From positions 2,140-66,139 of the IMG/VR virus record IMGVR_UViG_3300032245_001567: a stretch of 64,000 nt of DNA. One strand, given 5' to 3'. Positions 56,236 to 64,000 of the stretch are shown here, piece after piece. The position numbers and the translations under genes were made by a program. The notes beneath the pieces are model-generated. The model did no database searches. It was not told the DNA's origin and was given only the letters and a program-made list of their open reading frames with translations. This stretch comes from a virus. Lineage: Duplodnaviria; Caudoviricetes. Numbering within the stretch: position 1 is the first letter of the stretch; every line of letters starts with the position of its first letter.

Positions 56236-56550
56236 TTACAAATATTCTTTATCCACTTCAATATGTTCATTCTCAACAAATTCAGTCTCTACGAAATCGT
56301 CTGAATTCATTTTGCTTTGCTTCTTAATTGTTTTTGGGATAAGTGCTACTCGAATCGCTTGGGCAATAAACTCACCTAACGAATCTTGCATACGAGTAGC
56401 ATCTTCAATGGTTTCTGAATTTTCTACAATCTGAGACCATCCGCGAACATTCGCCAAAGGGACTTCTGATTTATCCTTGGTGATTACATAAATAGTTTGA
56501 GATTGAGGCTCGTAAAACACCTCTCCATCGAGAAATTTCTTAATTGTCAT
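56236..56550 (-). CDS. phage hypothetical protein
   Basis: VRGW...QDSLGEFIAQAI. Confidence 0.65.
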   Translation of the reverse strand: MTIKKFLDGEVFYEPQSQTIYVITKDKSEVPLANVRGWSQIVENSETIEDATRMQDSLGEFIAQAIRVALIPKTIKKQSKMNSDDFVETEFVENEHIEVDKEYL

Positions 56551-56785
56551 GTGGGTATATTTTTTTGTTGTTGTAATCTATTCTAACAATATCGCTTGGC
56601 TTTGGCAAAATATTAAGCAATTCGACATTGGTGTAAACTTCCAACACGACATGAGACTTGGGCTTGTTTTTAAAATTCCAAATAGACCTTGGGATAATTG
56701 GATACTGCTTTGAACCCAACTCAAAACCAAAATGGGTGCTATTGTGAAAATTGCAATAAAAAATGTAAATGAATTTGGATATCAT
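56540..56785 (-). CDS. hypothetical protein
   Basis: Behind a promoter and AACACGAC. Confidence 0.55.
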   Translation of the reverse strand: MISKFIYIFYCNFHNSTHFGFELGSKQYPIIPRSIWNFKNKPKSHVVLEVYTNVELLNILPKPSDIVRIDYNNKKIYPHDN

Positions 56786-56787
56786 TC

Positions 56788-56810
56788 GTCGTGTTTGTAA
56801 AACAAAGATA
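56788..56810 (-). promoter_or_regulatory. promoter -7 element plus AACACGAC
   Basis: TATCTTTG 56803-56810; AACACGAC 56788-56795. Confidence 0.75.
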
Positions 56811-56845
56811 TGTGGATTTTTTTATTTTCCAAAACAAATACAAAC

Positions 56846-56871
56846 AAAAAACCACCCATTTTATTGGGTGG
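56846..56871 (-). terminator. intrinsic terminator
   Basis: CCACCCA/TGGGTGG stem with T run on the - strand. Confidence 0.8.
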
Positions 56872-56898
56872 CTCTTTTTCTTAGTAGGATAACAAAAA

Positions 56899-57711
56899 TT
56901 ACTTAATGTTTTTCATAAAGAATGGCTCATTACCATAAATTGTACCATTCCATTTGCTAATGGCTTGTTGTTGCAATAACTGAGGCGTAATACCACTTGA
57001 GATGATTTTATTCTCTTCTGCTTTTAATTTCGCCAATTCGTTTCTCTTACGTTGCTCTACGATTTGTTGGTCGATAACTGATACGTTGGTATTTACTTCG
57101 TTACGGGAATCAATTTTTGCTTTTACCTTGGCACTAAAATCTAAGTTTGAACTGAAGTTAAGCAATAGTAAGCCTTTTTCTTCAAATGCTTTTTTAACCT
57201 TTGCTTCCACAATGCGTTCAAATCTTAAAGAACCACCATTAGCCATTAAAGTATCAGTAGAATGAGAACGAGATTCTTCCTTTATAATATCGTAAATCAT
57301 AGGCTCTAACACATTATCTTCCAAAGCCCTCATAAAATTATCACCCGAACCTAAACGAGAATTCAAGAATACTAAATCAACTACGCTACTTTCAATTACC
57401 TTATATGTGTATAATGGGCTTGAAGTAAACTCCGTATTATCGGCAGCCTTCAAGTGCAATGCTTTTTTGGTTTCATTGCCATCTTTTGATTCGGTGAACT
57501 CGGCACGTTGCTCCCAAGCAGGTACTTGGAATAGTTCTACGCCAGGGCTTGAGGTATTTACTCTACCTTGTTGGCGAGTGTAATCCGACTTACCATTCTT
57601 ACCATAATTTTCCATAAGTACGCCAAAATAATTTGGGGCAACTCTTTCGCATGAGATGAATGTCATTACTGCAACGAATAAGACCATTCCGATTAATTTG
57701 TATTTTTTCAT
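56899..57711 (-). CDS. SPFH/band 7 lipoprotein
   Basis: Lipobox FISC, ERVAPNYFGVL, coiled coil, ITPQLLQQQAISKWNG. Confidence 0.85.
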   Translation of the reverse strand: MKKYKLIGMVLFVAVMTFISCERVAPNYFGVLMENYGKNGKSDYTRQQGRVNTSSPGVELFQVPAWEQRAEFTESKDGNETKKALHLKAADNTEFTSSPLYTYKVIESSVVDLVFLNSRLGSGDNFMRALEDNVLEPMIYDIIKEESRSHSTDTLMANGGSLRFERIVEAKVKKAFEEKGLLLLNFSSNLDFSAKVKAKIDSRNEVNTNVSVIDQQIVEQRKRNELAKLKAEENKIISSGITPQLLQQQAISKWNGTIYGNEPFFMKNIK

Positions 57712-57905
57712 TTTTTTGGTTTCTTTTTAGACGATTTAAGCCACTTAATTATCGAGTGACGTTGTTGGATAGCAATTAATGGGATTAAAATCATGACAAC
57801 TATCCCAATGAAAGGATTAACATGATTGAACACCCAAGGATAGATTACAAAAAATGCAATAACGCATAGTAGCAATAATCCGATTTTGATAAAATTTATT
57901 TTCAT
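57708..57905 (-). CDS. two-TM protein coupled to SPFH
   Basis: FNHVNPFIG between TMs. Confidence 0.7.
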   Translation of the reverse strand: MKINFIKIGLLLLCVIAFFVIYPWVFNHVNPFIGIVVMILIPLIAIQQRHSIIKWLKSSKKKPKK

Positions 57906-57908
57906 GAT

Positions 57909-58385
57909 TTATGATAAAAGATGTTTAGCCTTCTCAATTAGGTCTTTGAAATTATTTAAGAACTTTTCTGCAATTTTTTGCGATTTAAAAGACAAAAAAT
58001 ACTCACGACTAATCCCCCAATCAACTATAAAATTCCCATTTTCCTTAAAAATGCAATACTTTTTAGATTTAGTATTATCCCAATCAGGAATCCATCCTTG
58101 GCGATATACTTCTCTTAATTGAGAAAGTTGGGCAAGAGCAATAGATGCTTCGGCTTGTTCTTTTGTGAAAAATACATTCCTATGATGGTCGAATGTTTTT
58201 AAACCAAATCCTGTCTCTTCGATTTTGCAATCAGATTCAACAAAATATCCGTTAATTGTTTTTAACTCTTCCCAAGTTTTAGGTAATTGTGGTTCAATTA
58301 GTTCAATCACAATTATTTCAGAATTGCTTTTCTCTTTGTTTAGTTGATACCCTTTAGGCATTCTAATATGTTGTTCTTTTTCCAT
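57909..58385 (-). CDS. phage hypothetical protein
   Basis: LPKTWEE, ALAQLSQLR, WIPDW, FKS..IAEKF. Confidence 0.75.
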   Translation of the reverse strand: MEKEQHIRMPKGYQLNKEKSNSEIIVIELIEPQLPKTWEELKTINGYFVESDCKIEETGFGLKTFDHHRNVFFTKEQAEASIALAQLSQLREVYRQGWIPDWDNTKSKKYCIFKENGNFIVDWGISREYFLSFKSQKIAEKFLNNFKDLIEKAKHLLS

Positions 58386-58386
58386 T

Positions 58387-58605
58387 TTATGGTCGTGTTG
58401 TTTGTTTGTAAATTAATAAATCAAGGGTCTTGTCGTTATCTCTGCTTGTACCATCAGTGTTGTGTAACGTAATGTTATCATCGAAGTCTTTTGCGATTAG
58501 GATTTGAAAATCTTTCGTCTTAAAGTGGATGCATCTTTTAACTGCTTGACCATTTCTTTTGTACATTTTATCGTTCACCCCGATTGCTCTTATAACGGCA
58601 TTCAC
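58387..58605 (-). CDS. hypothetical protein
   Basis: Coupled ORF. Confidence 0.55.
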   Translation of the reverse strand: MNAVIRAIGVNDKMYKRNGQAVKRCIHFKTKDFQILIAKDFDDNITLHNTDGTSRDNDKTLDLLIYKQTTRP

Positions 58606-58784
58606 TTTGATGTTTTTATTGATTTGATTAGTGTTTTTAAATTGGTTTCTCTTAACGACTTACTTTCCTCATTTTGAAAACCCACATAATAAGTTTTCGT
58701 GCCACCCTTCAAAGTAGGAAGTTGTATTTTTTCTATCTCCCAAAATTTATCGTTTGAATCTTTTACGCGTTTTGGGGCTTTCAT
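58602..58784 (-). CDS. hypothetical protein
   Basis: Coupled ORF. Confidence 0.55.
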   Translation of the reverse strand: MKAPKRVKDSNDKFWEIEKIQLPTLKGGTKTYYVGFQNEESKSLRETNLKTLIKSIKTSK

Positions 58785-59344
58785 AAACCATTCAAAGTTG
58801 ATTGCTCAATTTCGGTAGCGCGAATCTTTACGTTTTCCAAATTTTCGTAAATAATCATAACTTGCAAGAACTCGGTTATTTGAATCAATTTTGGGAAATT
58901 GGTTTCATTATCCCATGTAGCCAATCGAATGTAGTTTTCAGTTTTAACGGCTTGAAGTTCATACCCGTCCCCATTGTAATATGGGCTTTTAAAATAATCG
59001 ATATTGTGTTGTGGTTCGCCAAATTTAGTAATTAGTATTTGTAACTTACTTTCATAATCACTCACCAAATCGCTAAAAGAGTATTGCTTATTGAAATAAA
59101 CTTTAACCTTAGTGACGTATCGATTCTTTGTAGTATGGAAAACATAAACCTCAACTTCGTCTACGCCAATCCTACCTTTGTAGGTATAGCCATTTTCAAA
59201 TTTGTTGAAATAGGTAAAACCTTTCTCAGTTAATTTTTGCCTGAATACATCTACGCTTCCACTTAATGGGATACCCGAAAATGTTTGTGCAGTTGCTACA
59301 ATTGTCATCAACAATGATGCAACGATTGAAAAGAATTTTTTCAT
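58781..59344 (-). CDS. exported protein with signal peptide
   Basis: MKKFF...ATAQ signal, FSGIPLSG. Confidence 0.75.
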   Translation of the reverse strand: MKKFFSIVASLLMTIVATAQTFSGIPLSGSVDVFRQKLTEKGFTYFNKFENGYTYKGRIGVDEVEVYVFHTTKNRYVTKVKVYFNKQYSFSDLVSDYESKLQILITKFGEPQHNIDYFKSPYYNGDGYELQAVKTENYIRLATWDNETNFPKLIQITEFLQVMIIYENLENVKIRATEIEQSTLNGL

Positions 59345-59359
59345 AATGTGTGTTTTAAT

Positions 59360-59406
59360 ATCGTGTTTGATATTTCAAAGATACACTTTTGTTTTATTCT
59401 TGCAAA
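59360..59406 (-). promoter_or_regulatory. Bacteroidota promoter plus AACACGAT
   Basis: TTTG near 59406, TATCTTTG 59376-59383, AACACGAT 59360-59367. Confidence 0.8.
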
Positions 59407-59426
59407 TAAATTTTAAAATTATTTTT

Positions 59427-59636
59427 TTATTTGACTTGCACATCAGGCTTCAGCGCATATTGAACCGATATGTTAAAAGCATTCTTACCCAACGTAGTGT
59501 CCTTAAATGCTTTCTTCATAGATTTTACCCAATTCGTTTCGGGCTTGGATATCCCCTCAATGAACTCTTGGATTTCTTGAGATTCAAAAGATTTGTCCGT
59601 ATGCTCAATCTCAATCGTTATGATAAATGTTTTCAT
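59427..59636 (-). CDS. hypothetical protein
   Basis: Coupled ORF. Confidence 0.6.
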   Translation of the reverse strand: MKTFIITIEIEHTDKSFESQEIQEFIEGISKPETNWVKSMKKAFKDTTLGKNAFNISVQYALKPDVQVK

Positions 59637-59902
59637 TAGTAGTAATAATGGATTTCGGGTTTACGATGACGGCAGATAAAATTTTCAGCCTCATGCAATG
59701 TTGGATAAATGGCAGGTTTTTGATATAATTTGTCATACGCATCTTCCCAATATAAATCACCAATCATAGTAGGCAATAAAAACTGCACTATGTGTGCTCC
59801 ATTCATTCTAACCACACGATATTTTAAATCAATTGTTAGTATTTCTTCAATTAAGTTTGGTTCAATTTCTCGCTTGTGTGGGTTTGGTAGTTTGTTGTCC
59901 AT
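59636..59902 (-). CDS. hypothetical protein
   Basis: Coupled ORF. Confidence 0.6.
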   Translation of the reverse strand: MDNKLPNPHKREIEPNLIEEILTIDLKYRVVRMNGAHIVQFLLPTMIGDLYWEDAYDKLYQKPAIYPTLHEAENFICRHRKPEIHYYY

Positions 59903-59913
59903 AAGTTTCGTTT

Positions 59914-60531
59914 TTATAGTTTAATTAGTCTTTCTATTACATCTTGGGTGTTATGCCCGTCAAATTCAAAAAGTGCTTTTTTAGTTTCGGGTATTTTAAA
60001 TAAATCCCAATCTTCTATCGGGTAGTGATTGGATATTTGCCCCGTTGGCAACAAAGCGCATACGATAAACCAATTGTCTTTACCGAATGGGGATTGCCCA
60101 TCATGATGCTTACGGCTTTTGTGAACATGATATTTTATCGATTTTATTGTCGCACCGCCTAATTTTTTCTCATAGATAATTTGAGAACCCCACTCGTTAA
60201 ATAAAGCCACATTATAAGCCTTTCTAATCGCATATAAATCCCTAAAGGTGTGAAACCCATCTGAGGTATCTTCCGTTATTTCGGTCTGCTCGGCATACAT
60301 TTCTTTTGCCTTTTCGCGTATGTCAATAATTGATTGGTCAAAAATTTGACCCGAAAAAAGTTGCTCGAAAGCCCAATCTATGGGATTAATATTTTTGTTG
60401 TTCATATTTTCCGTTTTTTTAATATTCAAATTGGTTTGTTGTTCATTAGTTACATTCAACAACTCTTCTATAAGTGTTGAATGATATTCTCTCATGGGAG
60501 AGCCATCCTTATTTAAAAGTTCTCTTGCCAT
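59914..60531 (-). CDS. conserved phage protein with WDGH-like domain
   Basis: SDGFHTF.DLY, KSRKHHDG, WFIV...LPTGQISNHY, FDGH. Confidence 0.65.
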   Translation of the reverse strand: MARELLNKDGSPMREYHSTLIEELLNVTNEQQTNLNIKKTENMNNKNINPIDWAFEQLFSGQIFDQSIIDIREKAKEMYAEQTEITEDTSDGFHTFRDLYAIRKAYNVALFNEWGSQIIYEKKLGGATIKSIKYHVHKSRKHHDGQSPFGKDNWFIVCALLPTGQISNHYPIEDWDLFKIPETKKALFEFDGHNTQDVIERLIKL

Positions 60532-60848
60532 TATTTGTCTTTATCATGAGATTCTTGTAATTCACTTTTCTTTTTGATGACCTCGTTATGAATGAGAAGT
60601 TTTGCAATTTGACCATAATTTAAGTGTAAGGCTACTCCATTTTTGTTGATTGTGATTTTATTTTCAACAATGTATATCAAAAATTCGTGGTAGATTATTT
60701 GATGTTTAGTATAATCATAAATAATTTCTAAATCGCCATTTTGATTAGCAACTTGATTCAAAGCAAAATTTTTCGAGATGTTTAGTTCTAACTCTAATAA
60801 TTCTACTAATGTTAGTTTTTCAATTGGATTATTCATTTTCATTTCCAT
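60531..60848 (-). CDS. hypothetical protein
   Basis: Coupled ORF. Confidence 0.55.
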   Translation of the reverse strand: MEMKMNNPIEKLTLVELLELELNISKNFALNQVANQNGDLEIIYDYTKHQIIYHEFLIYIVENKITINKNGVALHLNYGQIAKLLIHNEVIKKKSELQESHDKDK

Positions 60849-61173
60849 TTTCTTGTTTGTCTTTTTCTATTAATTCTTGTAATTTTCTTTTCCATTCGGC
60901 TCGTAAGGCTTCACGATTTTTTATGCGCCATTGAATGCGTTCAATCGCATCGGTTTTATAGGCATTGTTAATCAAAATATCTATTCTTTCTCTTGCATCA
61001 ATGTAATTGTACCCCAACTCGTTTTGTATGTCAAATAAATAATTGGCGTGGTTTTCATCTGAAATCACTAATCCATTGTTAAAAACATCTACACATACTT
61101 GGCAATTACACTTGTTCGTATCGCGAAAAACTTTTTTACCTATATGTTCAATGAACCATTGTTTATCTTTCAT
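60829..61173 (-). CDS. hypothetical protein with CxCxxC
   Basis: CNCQVC. Confidence 0.6.
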   Translation of the reverse strand: MKDKQWFIEHIGKKVFRDTNKCNCQVCVDVFNNGLVISDENHANYLFDIQNELGYNYIDARERIDILINNAYKTDAIERIQWRIKNREALRAEWKRKLQELIEKDKQENGNENE

Positions 61174-61320
61174 TTGTCCCTCCGTGTATTAATTTAATTC
61201 AACAAAAAAATTCTTGGTAGTAAATATGCCTATTAATTGTACGAGTCCTAAATACCCAACTATGTAGGCTGAAGCAAAGTGCAAAACCAAAAAAACAAGC
61301 AAGTTGTATCCTATCGTTAC

Positions 61321-61590
61321 TCATTTATTGCCTACGCATGTTAAATTATAAAACCTTTCAACTTCTTCATCAGTGTTTATGCTCGTTGTATGATTATTCC
61401 ACCAAAAGAAAAAATCAGTAGCAAATTTTAATTTTTCTGCCTTCTCCATTTCTTTGGCTCTATCTCTAATTTCTAAGTTATTTTTAAGATACTCATCAAA
61501 TGTGTATTCGCCATTGTTGAACTTTTCAAAGGAGTTAAACAATTGTTCAAATTGCCATTCGACTGCCAATTGTTGTGTTTCGTTTGTCAT
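61321..61590 (-). CDS. phage hypothetical protein
   Basis: AVEW...AKEMEK motif. Confidence 0.6.
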   Translation of the reverse strand: MTNETQQLAVEWQFEQLFNSFEKFNNGEYTFDEYLKNNLEIRDRAKEMEKAEKLKFATDFFFWWNNHTTSINTDEEVERFYNLTCVGNK

Positions 61591-61895
61591 TTGTTGGTGA
61601 TTAAAAGAGTCATTAAAAATATCCCTATAGAAATTCCCAATAGGAATCCTACAAAAATGCCAATATTAAGTTGGCTCATTTTTTTTGTTTCGATTTTCAT
61701 ATACCTAAATTTATTACTTTACATTTATTGACTCAATCCTGAATTTAATTTTATTTCCTTCATATTTTTTTGGATTTTGAGTAATAAATTTTTCAATGGG
61801 AATTAAATCTCTATCGTATTCTTCAAATATTGTAATTAGATACCATCTTGATTTAGATGTTTTGCGTATTGGTGGTTTATTACTTTTTTTGATTA

Positions 61896-62114
61896 TCATA
61901 TTTTTTCCTTCCATTCAGTTGTATTTTTTGTTAAAACATCAATATCATTGATAACGCTTTTTAGCATTTCTTTAAATTCAATTGAATCATCTTCCCAAAT
62001 GTCAAATCTCATCTTTTCATCGCCATTTTGAATAGTCAATTCAACGCAACTTATTTTTACTTTTGATGTAATCACCATTGCAAGTGACGTTTCGTTTGTT
62101 TGGTCGTTACTCAT
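61896..62114 (-). CDS. hypothetical protein
   Basis: Coupled ORF. Confidence 0.55.
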   Translation of the reverse strand: MSNDQTNETSLAMVITSKVKISCVELTIQNGDEKMRFDIWEDDSIEFKEMLKSVINDIDVLTKNTTEWKEKI

Positions 62115-62371
62115 TTTCTTTGCATCTTTTTTTGATGAATTTCTTTTAAAAAATCTTTGTATTGCTTCTTATCCCCGTACTTTATATGGCATTGCCTACA
62201 ACAAGCCATTAAATTTTCAATGGTATCTTTATCTCCTTTGGGATTTCCACCCATGCCCCTTGCGTTAACGTGATGAATATCGATACTTTGCGCCCCACAA
62301 ACTTCACAAGGAATAAATGAATTTTCATCATACCCGAAATAATCCATGTAAATCTTTGTGTGATTTTTCAT
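62111..62371 (-). CDS. HNH endonuclease
   Basis: CEVC...DIHH...ENLMACCRQCH. Confidence 0.85.
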   Translation of the reverse strand: MKNHTKIYMDYFGYDENSFIPCEVCGAQSIDIHHVNARGMGGNPKGDKDTIENLMACCRQCHIKYGDKKQYKDFLKEIHQKKMQRK

Positions 62372-62385
62372 CTTGTTATCTTTTG

Positions 62386-62456
62386 TTGCCCCGTTTGGAC
62401 TCGAACCAAAACGCCCTCGGTCAAAGCGAGGTGAACTGCCATTATTCTACAGGGCA
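62386..62456 (-). tRNA. trnQ: tRNA-Gln (TTG), CCA not encoded
   Basis: Acceptor TGCCCTG/CGGGGCA, D arm GAAT..TGG..GTTC, anticodon arm CCTCG-CTTTGAC-CGAGG, T arm TTTGG-TTCGAGT-CCAAA. Confidence 0.92.
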
Positions 62457-62519
62457 AGGTTGCTCGTCTATTCCGAGCAGTCAAACTATACTTAATAGGC
62501 GTTACCCTTTTTTGAGTTT

Positions 62520-62936
62520 TTAAATGGTCGCAGCACCTATGTGTATAGCCCTATGTGCTTCTGTACCCGTTGCCGTTGAAACTTTAAGCGTATTGGTGGT
62601 TTTTGGTTTCCAATGTTCATCGATTTTTTTCTCAAATCTAATCAACTCAAATGTTTTGCCCGATTCAGACATGATGTAGTAATTCACATCTTCTTCTAAC
62701 AATTTAAAACATTCATCGCTTAATAAACACCCTTGGTATTTACACTTGTTTAAATCTTTAATGGTTAAATCACCAAAGGTTTTAACGTAAGAATTAGGGT
62801 TGTAACTATTTACTTGTCGTAAAAATTCTTCATCCCCCATTTTTTCTCTGTTAAGTAGTGTGTAACTCTTTCCGAGTTGTTCGTTGTGTTCGATTCCATA
62901 GCCTGCTTTGAAATCGATTGTTCTTAATGTGTACAT
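62520..62936 (-). CDS. phage hypothetical protein
   Basis: MYTLR...LGKSY...YYIMSESGKTFE. Confidence 0.7.
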   Translation of the reverse strand: MYTLRTIDFKAGYGIEHNEQLGKSYTLLNREKMGDEEFLRQVNSYNPNSYVKTFGDLTIKDLNKCKYQGCLLSDECFKLLEEDVNYYIMSESGKTFELIRFEKKIDEHWKPKTTNTLKVSTATGTEAHRAIHIGAATI

Positions 62937-62958
62937 ATATTTATAAATTGGTTTTATG

Positions 62959-63177
62959 TTAAGCGAATCTATACCCCTTATAATCGCATTTAGCGCAATG
63001 GGTACTTTTTTTGGTAGGTAAAGAAGTTAAAGTGATGGAAGGATTACTATCAACTAACTCTTCGCCACATTTTGGACAAGCAATTCCATTTGGAATTGGG
63101 TTATCCCTAAGTTGAGATGATGAAATAGCCATAGCATCTGCGTTGTGTTGTTCTAAGGTTTTTAATTTTTTAGTCAT
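62959..63177 (-). CDS. zinc-ribbon protein
   Basis: CPKC...CAKC. Confidence 0.65.
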   Translation of the reverse strand: MTKKLKTLEQHNADAMAISSSQLRDNPIPNGIACPKCGEELVDSNPSITLTSLPTKKSTHCAKCDYKGYRFA

Positions 63178-63201
63178 ATATTTATTAATTTTTTTGTTTG
63201 T

Positions 63202-63402
63202 TTAATCTCTTGCTCGGCATTCGCAATGTGGTGCATGAATCCAATCTGAACTTCTACGATAATATTGAACATACAAGTGACCTTTATTACGAGATTCATG
63301 ATAGGAATCAAATTCATTGTTTGTTGTCATATCTTCTTTAATTTCACTACTACATGAATAAAGAGAAAGGGCTATTATTGCTATTAAAGTAATTTTTTTC
63401 AT
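63202..63402 (-). CDS. small lipoprotein
   Basis: Lipobox LYSC. Confidence 0.6.
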   Translation of the reverse strand: MKKITLIAIIALSLYSCSSEIKEDMTTNNEFDSYHESRNKGHLYVQYYRRSSDWIHAPHCECRARD

Positions 63403-63854
63403 ATTTTCTTTTCTTTAATTATTTCGATAAGTTTTTTGATAGCAGTAAGTTCTGCTTCTTCATAAGTGTAAAAGTGATTAATAGCAAGTCCATTATCTGT
63501 GTTAATAAACTCCTTAATATCACTTTGACATACTTGAGCAATCCATACTTCTTCAGGGTACTCTTCTTCAGGGTTCTTGAATGGTCTAATTATATACATT
63601 GTATAGTATAATCCGTACTTTTCTCTAAACCATCTAAATGCTTGTGAGTAGGTTGGTGATGCTGTGTAATGATTAGGAATTTCAGAATTTTTACAAGTCC
63701 TGAAGCCTGAAATGCGGTATTGGTCATCATCATCTACCATTATAGGTGAATCTTCGTTATATTCTGTTTGGTAAAAAGCAAAACAAGGTTCATTAAATCC
63801 AAGTTGTTTTAACTCTAAAGCAAGTTCGTATGCGATAAAATCTTTATTTGTCAT
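63399..63854 (-). CDS. phage hypothetical protein
   Basis: YELALELKQLGF.EPC, PTYSQAFRWFREK, TYEEAE. Confidence 0.75.
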   Translation of the reverse strand: MTNKDFIAYELALELKQLGFNEPCFAFYQTEYNEDSPIMVDDDDQYRISGFRTCKNSEIPNHYTASPTYSQAFRWFREKYGLYYTMYIIRPFKNPEEEYPEEVWIAQVCQSDIKEFINTDNGLAINHFYTYEEAELTAIKKLIEIIKEKKI

Positions 63855-64000
63855 TTGTTACCTCCGTAGGTTAAAAATTTTCAATTTCTTGTTTTACTTT
63901 TTCCCAAAATCTATGTTCAGAATCTAAGTTTTGAACTTCCATCCAATCAAAATCAATTGCTTCGTCTATTTCATCAACACATTTAGTTGCACAATTTTTC

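Larger units (their letters stand above)
1..64000. mobile_element. Bacteriophage genome segment, probable tailless internal-membrane dsDNA phage of Bacteroidota
   Basis: Dense overlapping ORFs, RecT plus exonuclease, RusA, HNH, FtsK-HerA packaging ATPase, many single-TM proteins, no housekeeping genes, Bacteroidota TAnnTTTG promoters. Confidence 0.9.

Noticed and set aside
56643-56650. AACACGAC followed by ATG on the + strand
   Set aside because: Antisense inside a gene and opens only a 20-codon frame; likely a chance copy
59346-59639. + strand 97-aa ORF and most other antisense ORFs in the track
   Set aside because: Overlap coupled opposite-strand genes or promoters and have no motifs
1-64000. 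Stop-codon reassignment, prophage boundaries or integrase
   Set aside because: ORFs tile fully in the standard code; no integrase, att site or host genes are visible

Overview
The window is a gene-dense, AT-rich segment of a bacteriophage genome, most likely infecting Bacteroidota. It carries many TAnnTTTG -7 promoters, few Shine-Dalgarno sites, and reads in the standard genetic code. A + strand arm (1-11987) encodes a DNA methyltransferase, a DUF932-like protein, a minimal PolB-like protein, a PD-(D/E)XK exonuclease and RecT. It converges at a bidirectional terminator on a long - strand arm (12030-64000). No terminase, portal, HK97 capsid, tape measure or tail gene is recognisable in the window. 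Instead the - arm encodes an A32/P9-type FtsK-HerA packaging ATPase, a beta-rich 232-aa candidate major capsid protein with a paralogue, and about 30 small single-TM proteins. It also encodes two beta-helical spike plus chaperone modules, a GTA-like spike-base protein, a zincin protease and two cell-wall enzymes. This fits an unusually large tailless, internal-membrane (jelly-roll type) phage. Two families of recurring peptide motif stand out: aromatic-x-N/S-A-x-G in virion proteins, and [MFYL]-[AEG]-x-G-G separating domains in a block of putative injected polyproteins (DUF2958, LPD25-like, ART-like, DUF5661). Also present are a MoxR/CobS-VWA pair, eight glycosyl/methyltransferase genes, an Acb2/Tad1-like gene, tRNA-Gln(TTG), a recurring AACACGAC leader motif and several unannotated small ORFs. 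All family calls come from motif recognition by eye, not from database searches.
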